Assembly (NCBI GenBank): GCA_002633005.1
Contig: NMRA01000005.1
Location: forward strand, 1,665,048-1,729,047
Length of the DNA: 64,000 nt
Direction: 5' to 3'
Source: Phoronis australis
Taxonomy: Eukaryota; Animalia; Phoronida
Both the position numbers and the translations under genes were made by a program. The notes under the pieces were generated by a model. It was not told where the DNA came from and ran no database searches. It saw nothing but the letters and a program-made list of their open reading frames with translations. This document shows, one piece after another, positions 34,493 to 64,000 of the stretch (position 1 is the first letter of the stretch; each line of letters starts with the position of its first letter).

Positions 34493-36993
34493 GAATGATA
34501 CGGGTTTATAGTCGCTAATTGCTAGCCCCGCCTCAGAATTTTACAAGGTAGAGTTTAGCGTGACTGAGGAGTTCAATAGGAGAGTTTACTCCGCTGTTTG
34601 AGATGGAAAAACTAGGAAAATTGTCCCCTTAAGCGCACGTTCAAATAACCGCGGTAATTGTTTAAAATGAAGACATGTTCGAGAAATTTTACACGTCCTT
34701 GCCAACAAGGGGAAAATGTCCGATTGGTTCTCGACAAAAATTTTGTGTCAGGTCCATCACATCTCAGAATTACCAGGTCGTATTTATAGGAACCTTTCAG
34801 ATGTTAGCCTTGTGCACTGGTCTCCAAAGAACGCTTTTACGAGTTGTTTTAAACTGTTCCGGCACTTTTGGATGAGGGGGCTTTTTGATTTTCATGAAAA
34901 AACAGTTACCAGACAACCAGTTTAAAAACAGGTTTGAACTCTCACCTTGGTGTCAAGTCACGCTCATGAAACAATACACTGTTTCGTACAAACAGCGACA
35001 AGGGAAACTTAAGTTAAAAGACTTTGCAAGCCCCTGTTAAAACAATTTCTGGTTACTAGGAAAATGCTGAAACCGAAAATTGAAATTATTATGTGTAAGC
35101 CTAGATGCCTCATTGTGAAGCAGTTTCCTTAAAGTGAAACTTGCACACTCATTCCTTATCACTGTGACTGTTTGGACAAATCAGTTAAAAACACAACATA
35201 TACTGACGATGTGAATATGAAGTAGGTTGAAAATTGCTAATGTTTTTAAGAAGGAGTTTAATGTCGAAAATGATCTACCCAGATCACTCAACACTATCCA
35301 GCAAGTATCCTGATGTGGTGTTGGGAATAACACTGCATGATGCAGGCTATGTGAGCCCCCAAGGTATGTCATTAGTGCAAAGGTCACCTATTAGCAAAAA
35401 TTTTTGTTTTCACATTTACAAGTTGTCAATGAATACAACTGCAGTCTGTTTAGGGTAGATAACTTCAAATAGCATTATCCTTTAGTGCCAGCTATACATT
35501 GGCAATTAGGAACATGCAAATACAATTTTAAAATGTCATTAGCTGCGTCTTCAAAGTTGATCTGTAGGAAACAAGAAAACCACAACGACTGATTGGTAAG
35601 AGACATCACCACTTCATTACATTCATACAATGTGTAATACTTTCACTGGGCAAACATACATTTCACACTCACAAACTATTAACGACATCTGACGGACAGA
35701 TAGTTATAGCTACTACGAACCCAGTTTTGACGTCAAAACAATTTTGTCAAAAGCACAGTAACTGCTTTTCCAAACTGCAGCAAAACTGATTCTTCATTTT
35801 GGAAAGGATTGTTAACTGGCACTATGTCAAAAGATTTCTTTGGCAGCCATACTATTTTCCAGAGTACAAAGTGACAACCAATGAAGACCAGCAAAAAGGA
35901 ACTGTTGGTTCCTCCCAAGTCAAGGACACACTTCTCATCGGTGTATGGCAAAAGTTAAAACCAAGTTTAAGAGAACTACTGAGTGGTCTGATTCAAAAGT
36001 GCAAAATTTTGACACTGAAGGGTGCATTCAGGATTGTTCTATTCCATTGTATTTGATGCTGGAGGTGCAAAATACAAACACAAATGCAATAGCTAAACCA
36101 AAATCAGCTAGGTGGTGTTAATGAATAAAGGTAATGCTTTTTAACATCTAGATTGAGAGCAGAAAGCAGTTCATCACTGTGGGAACATTCATATGACAAT
36201 GGAACCTCATGACCACCTGAACACAAACAACTTACTGACCCTTGCTACACTGGGGTCACCTGGACAATTTCGAATTCCCTTTTACATACACAAGAAGAAT
36301 CTAGTCTTGTCACCTGAATTCCTGTGGTGATTACAACAATATAGACTGCGTAGTTTATAAACTAACAAAAATGTGATTAAAATAACAAAAAATGGAACTT
36401 TAATTAATACTAAGCCTTAAGACTTTCAATACAACTTGTAATATATACAAACGGAAATCATTCCATATATAAAATCATTCCATTTGACAACATTCTTAAA
36501 GAACTACATATCTAAACCAAATAACTGTGCAGTATATGGACTAAACAGGTGATTTAAAATCTCAGTGCAAACCTAAAATGTTTGATTTGAACTCTCCTAT
36601 TCAGTTCTGTAGTTTAACACCGTTTCTATCACAAAAAGTGAGACATTAGGCCACATGGCGTAAGGTAGCAATAACAGTTCCCATAATAATATCAGAACTG
36701 AGCAAGGAATGTTGATTGAAATCCCTGAACTTAAATATAGACTAAATAGGTCGTCTAGATATATGCTGAGGTAATATGAAATATATACCATAAATATATG
36801 TAGTCCGCATAATTTCAAAGACAAACAATGGCAAATTCACAGGGACTACACAAGTTCAAATTTAAAAGCTACACTACTAAATTTTTAGTTTAATATATCA
36901 AATAAAATAACATTCTAAACGTTAAATTTTGTGAAGTTTACATTCACACAACAATTGTATACAACTAACTGGAAGTATTTTAACTACATGACC

Positions 36994-36999
36994 TTTATT
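36994..36999 (-). terminator. Candidate UGCG polyadenylation signal AATAAA
   Basis: tttatt on the + strand, about 440 nt downstream of the UGCG stop. Position only; other hexamers are possible. Confidence 0.35.
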
Positions 37000-37435
37000 G
37001 ATCAGTAATTCAAGACACGAGCCTTTTACCAAATAAACATTTTACCTTACAGGGACGAGAACAGATTTTACACGAAATTGAAAGATTTAATAAAATAATG
37101 TGCACAAGCCAGACAGAGAGCATGACCCATACTGGCCATTTAAAAATAAATTCATGTACAGAGCATTGTGACTTATTCCAACATGAAGAGAGAACATGGC
37201 ACTTTACAAATTACTAATAATTCAGTTATGTTCAGAATTAATTATGACAGAACAACAGATGCATATTGAACACAATGACAACCCACACCACTAACTAAAT
37301 ACTCTATATCACACCAACCACATCACTTACTCACTGATTGAGCAAAGATAAAAATATACAATAATAAGTTAACATTTACAAAAATTAGCATGCTCTCATT
37401 TGACTTAGCTACTTGGTCTATGTACACTGTGCGTG

Positions 37436-59324
<21,889 letters not shown>

Positions 59325-61051
59325 TTTCCCAACTGAATAAACTTTGAGGGGAGAAAACCGGTCAAAGTCGATTCTTCAATTACTCACAACAGGTAGCGCT
59401 GCACAGCGTTCGTCCGCGAGTTCGTGTGACTGCCTTGTCTGTTCCTTTCACAAAGATACTATATAATCTCTGCCTTTCATTTGTCTATTTTAAGAGTTAG
59501 ACTGAGAGCTAGACTGAAATCCAACAAGTAACAACATATGCTTGAGTTTCAATAACGTATTTTAGGAATAAAAACGTGAACACTGACCGAACTATTAAAA
59601 TTTTACATAATGTCCCGATGCATGCACTAAGAGAAAGGTCCTCATACTCCGGCTAGCTGACCGGACTCTTGCGTACCAGGCATACTTGCCTTGGGAAACA
59701 AAAACAAAATTTTAGGGTAACTGAAAAAAAATTAACTGTCTTAATACGTATTTTGGTCCGTGGGCCTATATTCAAAGTTGCTCCTGTATTCGGAATCAGT
59801 TGCATGCACATGTTCTGTTGTGTCATGTCAGTATTGACTTAACCCTAACAAAATCCTATACGTAGACGGACATTTACCACAACAGTATTTTTGTGAAAAG
59901 GGTGTTTTAATTCTTAAAGGAAATGACAAAAACTCACGAGAAGCACCCATTTGAAGACATGAACAATACCATAAACAATGGATATCTGTCTGCGCTTACT
60001 ATAAGCGAAACTCAAGAGCATTCCACGCCCCCGGTCTGTATGCGAATCATTTAACAAAACGTTTATTTAAAAAAACACAGTATTTTGGGAAATGGTGCAT
60101 CCTACAAGATTATTCCCAGTATTACTTTCTCTTGTCATTCACAATTTAGTATAGAGTAGTGAAAAAAAATTTGGGCCCCATATTAGTCTATATGAACGCA
60201 TTAATTAAAAAATTCTGGTTCCCACTGATGCTCGTCGGGTTTAAAGTTTTAGATTTCTTTTAATTATAGAACTTTTTAAATTAGTTTTCAAACTTCCCGA
60301 AAGCAAATATAAGGAGACGAATAACTTGTTCATGTGTTCCTGCATCTCTGTCCGAAATCTATACCGTGGACATAAAAACATGGTAGCGCCGCAGACTATC
60401 TATTTTTATTCGCGCTGAAATATTGGGAAACACTTATTGTGGAAATTGAAGAAACCTTCAGGGAGTCGCAATTTTGAAACACAATATTACAACTTAGGAA
60501 TATATAAACAGTACCGTACACAGTTTTAATAGACCCGCAAATATTCCGGACGAAAAGTATCTGATTTTACTCCGATACATTTTGTCAATTTGTTGTCTCT
60601 CTATCAAGAAAATGACATCAGGTAGTGAGTGACCGGAAACTTGATAGGTATTAAGCAGAATTGTTTGTCTTCCTAAACCCGTTTTGATGAATTGATGGGT
60701 AACTTCATTTCCAAAATCCATTGCTCTACTTACACCGAACAAGAAAAAGGTATGTCGTACCTCAGACACGCTGACTGAGTCGACGGTTGGTCAAAGTCAA
60801 AGTAAAAACATAGGTGGGGAAAAAGAAGAACGTAATCTATCACAAATCCCGGCGAATCCCGGCCTACATCGGTGAAATATTAAAGGTACTGCAAACAATA
60901 GTACATTTCAGTAACGCTAGGACCTCGCTACTAAAAAGCAAGACATCGCAAGATTCGGCGTGAGATATTGCCGTGGAGAACATGTGATTTTGGCTAGATT
61001 TTAACGATCAGGGCCCAGAATAGGTCCTAGTAATATTGAACTCTATGCTAG

Positions 61052-61222
61052 ATTTCTGAACACAAGAAATGCTGCAGAGAAGGAAATAGCGCAGCGGTAG
61101 TAGCTGAGCACATGTGGACAAAACAACATGAACATCCAATGGAATAACATTCGATACTTGACAGAGAAACAGCTGGGTGGACCAAAAGAAGGATCAATTA
61201 AGAAGTCATTCACATGAAGCTA
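61052..61222 (+). pseudogene. Frameshifted Penelope-like element GIY-YIG endonuclease C-terminal remnant
   Basis: Pieced translation ISEHKKCCREGNSAAVVAEHMWTKQH/NIQWNNI/ILDRETAGWTKRRI/KEVIHMK fits the pattern EH....SAVAEH.W...H.I.W....ILD.E..W..R.IKE.IH. Confidence 0.7.
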
Positions 61223-61406
61223 AGAGTGCGGTTTACACTACAAAAGATGACACGGATCAGCTAACTCGGAACGAGATGTTCCAGTGCAAGTATGTGTGTA
61301 AACGGACCTATAGATTTTAGAAGTGATGTCAGCTAGGCTTTTTTTACAAGCCTGGTCGCTGCAAAAGGGTGTACGCAAAAACTTATGTAAAAATAATGCC
61401 TGAATA

Positions 61407-62266
61407 CAATGCGCGCACCCAGGGGGCTCGGGGGGGGGGCTCTAAAGAGCCCCCATTTGGCGAAGTGGGCAAAAGGGTCCGCCTCAGAGGAATAAAAAGT
61501 TCGAGAAACCCACAAAAGTCCACTAACGAAAAAGGCACGAATGTACAATTCACAGCAGCTGTTAATGTGGTACTCGGTTTTTTGTCCCCCGTTTTTTGTT
61601 AGTAATTTATTTATTTATTTATTGATGTAATATTTACAATGAGGGTAGCCCCATCAGTTCACACTGCTTTCCATGGGGGCCCTCAGCAAAAAACAAACAG
61701 ATAGTAAGACAAAAACAGAATTACAAAATGAAAGACAAATTTAAGTAATAAGCAAAGAATAAGAAATTAACACGGAAAGACAGATGAAGCAAAATAAAAA
61801 ATAAAATATGATAAATAGAAGATAAAGAAATTAAATATAAAAAATTAAAAACAGACAATAAATGATTAATAAAGGTAACTAAGACATTATACAAACAACA
61901 AATGAATAAACATACAAATCTAAGACACTACATGAAGTTAAGTCTATTTCTTATAATTCTTTTAAAGGTTAGAAATGATGATGTAGATTTGGCATCATCA
62001 GGGAGAGAGTTCCATAAAAAGGATCCGCTGTAGGAAAATGATTTTTTCCAAGTTTCGCTTCTGCGTTTAGGAAGATTGAAATCAGATGATGATGAGGACC
62101 TAGTATTGTAGCAATTAGTCGTCATTTTAAACTTAGCACATAAGTAAGATGGGACAAGACCTTTAAAACATTTGTACATACAACAAGCAGATAGGAATTG
62201 ATGTCTTGCGTGAATTTTCATTATACCAGTCTCTTTATGAATTCGAGCCCCCTGGGTACGCGCATG
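61407..62266 (+). mobile_element. MITE (TIR ATGCGCGYACCCAG) interrupted by the CR1/L2 fragment
   Basis: Left part is homologous to 34239-34492 (gaagtgggcaaaa.ggtccgcctcagag). The right TIR ctgggtacgcgcatg resumes after the LINE. Confidence 0.7.
61603..62210 (-). mobile_element. 5'-truncated CR1/L2-group LINE 3' end
   Basis: ORF2 C-terminus MYKCFKGLVPSYL...YNTRS...SFSYSGSFLWNSLP...FK. The 3' UTR has a GGGCCCC...ACCCTC stem and an (AATA)n tail. Confidence 0.8.
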
Positions 62267-64000
62267 GATACAATACATGGTTCGGTTTCTGGGCTAAATA
62301 ATTGTATTTAATATATTGTCATTTATTTGTATAGCAATAAAAATGATAACAATGCTCGGTCGATTGTCGTATACTGGCAAAACGAGTACGTAAGCCTAAA
62401 TAATACTCGCATTCGCTGCACTAGAATTGTGAATTTTTCTAGGCAAGTACACGCAGGTAGGGTAAGAACTAAGCACACTTGGTTCGGATGATGGTTCTAA
62501 AAGGATTCACTCAACTAGAACGTTGTTGCGTGTAGTAGTTCGCTGGTACCCGCGGCAGAACAATCTAGTACCGGAGATTTCTATTGAGAAGCCCATCACC
62601 AGAAAGTGCCCATAGCCGCTTCATCGGAAATGAAGGATGAAAAGGCGCCCGTGTTTAGTTGCGGGAACAACAAGCGACTGACGATATTTAGAACGCATTC
62701 CATCAGAAATGCTGTCTTTGAAAGAACTTTTTCTGCATACACTAGAGTTCCCGGTAAACCATTTGCATACCATCGTGCGTTTTATTGTTTTATACAGAAC
62801 TGCGGTGTAATGGATAAGCACCGGATCAATGAATACTTGGCCTATACAATACAAGCACTGTCACCCTAAGGGCTATTATAGATAAACTGTGATGGCTCGG
62901 TGCATTATGGTCAATGGACCGGTTTCAAACCGGCATACTATTTTCCGGATGAAAGAACTGCACCGGGAGTGCGCACCTCTCCATTTCAGTTTCCCCTAAT
63001 TTTGTCCTGAATAATGCCCAGTCAGAATATTCAGAACCTAATACAACTGCTGTCCAGAGCAGCAGTGACAAAAACAACAATTTTAGCGATATTGGAGTCT
63101 CAAATAGGATACGAAAATGAAGATACCAACTATGGATTTGTGAAACGCAGTTAGCTGTTCAGACCAATCACTCAGTGATCGTGTGACGTACTGAGGTAAT
63201 ACATGTCAGAATGTTTAGTTGTACCCACCTTATCTCAATTTACCCTGCCATCACCACTGATGCAAGCCTGTTGCTGACATCATGTTTGTTATCAAACTGC
63301 CCCTACAGGTGGCGCAGCGATTAGTGGAAATAGTTGAAACGCGTGATTGGTGTCTCTAACACTATCCTCGCTGGTTCCCTACGTGCCGCTAGGTGGGGCG
63401 GTAACAGCGCCAGCACGCAGGTATCACTTAAATTTTCCTCACCGGCGTTTTTGATTGGCTAGTCGAATTCTTAACAGGCAGCGCTTTACGCAAACTGGCA
63501 TGACTGATGGACTGAAGCGTAATGTGGTCTGTTGTACAGACAAATCGGTTCTTAAAATTTATGTTCAGGAAATGTAAAGCCTAGAAATTGCGATTGCGAC
63601 TTTTCCGAATGCATCTTTCTACTGTCGATGACTTTGTTTACAATAGTGTCCTGTATTCATACAGTATGAATAACACACTGGTTAAATTGGCCAGATATGT
63701 GTTTATTGTACACGCGGCTATTAAACATCACTGCAGAAACGAAATAGTTTCTGCGACGCCCTTGCACGACAAGGCTAAAAATCGTTCACAGTCAGCATAT
63801 TTTTCACGGTGATGTAAAGCTAAGCAATGACTGTCGAGGTTACATGACCACTGCTAAAGCGCGTGCCACTGCGTGATACCTGCGTGCTGGCTGGGCTAAG
63901 CAAATTCTACCAAATTCCAGAACTTAAAACGACGGCCAATTTCAACCAATAACTGTACGTAGGGTTCCGGTTCGAATTTGAGTAAGAAATGACCTACTAG

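Noticed and set aside
35181-36056. Cluster of 68-85 aa ORFs and a + strand donor near 35363 suggesting a third gene
   Set aside because: No recognisable protein motif, and no consistent exon chain could be built.
59333-59387. 55-nt GTGAGT...CAG intron in the UGCG 5' UTR
   Set aside because: It is shorter than any other intron seen here. The acceptor more plausibly pairs with a donor further upstream.

Overview
This is AT-rich eukaryotic genomic DNA with spliceosomal introns and one 628-N assembly gap. It is most likely from a marine invertebrate; that taxon call is inference only. Two intron-rich genes lie in tandem on the minus strand, and both encode Golgi proteins. The first is the 5' part of TRIP11/GMAP-210: 10 coding exons from ATG 29817 down to about 1419, with the gene running off the left edge. 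The second is a complete 9-exon UGCG (ceramide glucosyltransferase), ATG 59324 to stop 37436, 403 aa, with the D,D,D,RxxRW GT2 motif intact. Exon phases were checked by hand and join in frame. The introns and intergenic DNA hold many mobile elements: a 5'-truncated RTE LINE with a 12-bp TSD, a CR1/L2-type 3' end, a Penelope remnant, three copies of a tRNA-derived SINE, several MITE families, and decayed SWIM/YqaJ transposon coding relics. There is also a 1.8-kb foldback element with ~270-bp TIRs. It carries a nested Helentron-type (HINE/DINE-like) element whose ~150-bp internal repeats each contain a CTCF-consensus motif. The most interesting leads are this mobile CTCF-site array, candidate frame-preserving microexons in TRIP11, a tandem repeat that quadruplicates a TRIP11 splice donor, an upstream MSSW ORF ahead of TRIP11, and a possible alternative UGCG first exon lacking the signal-anchor.
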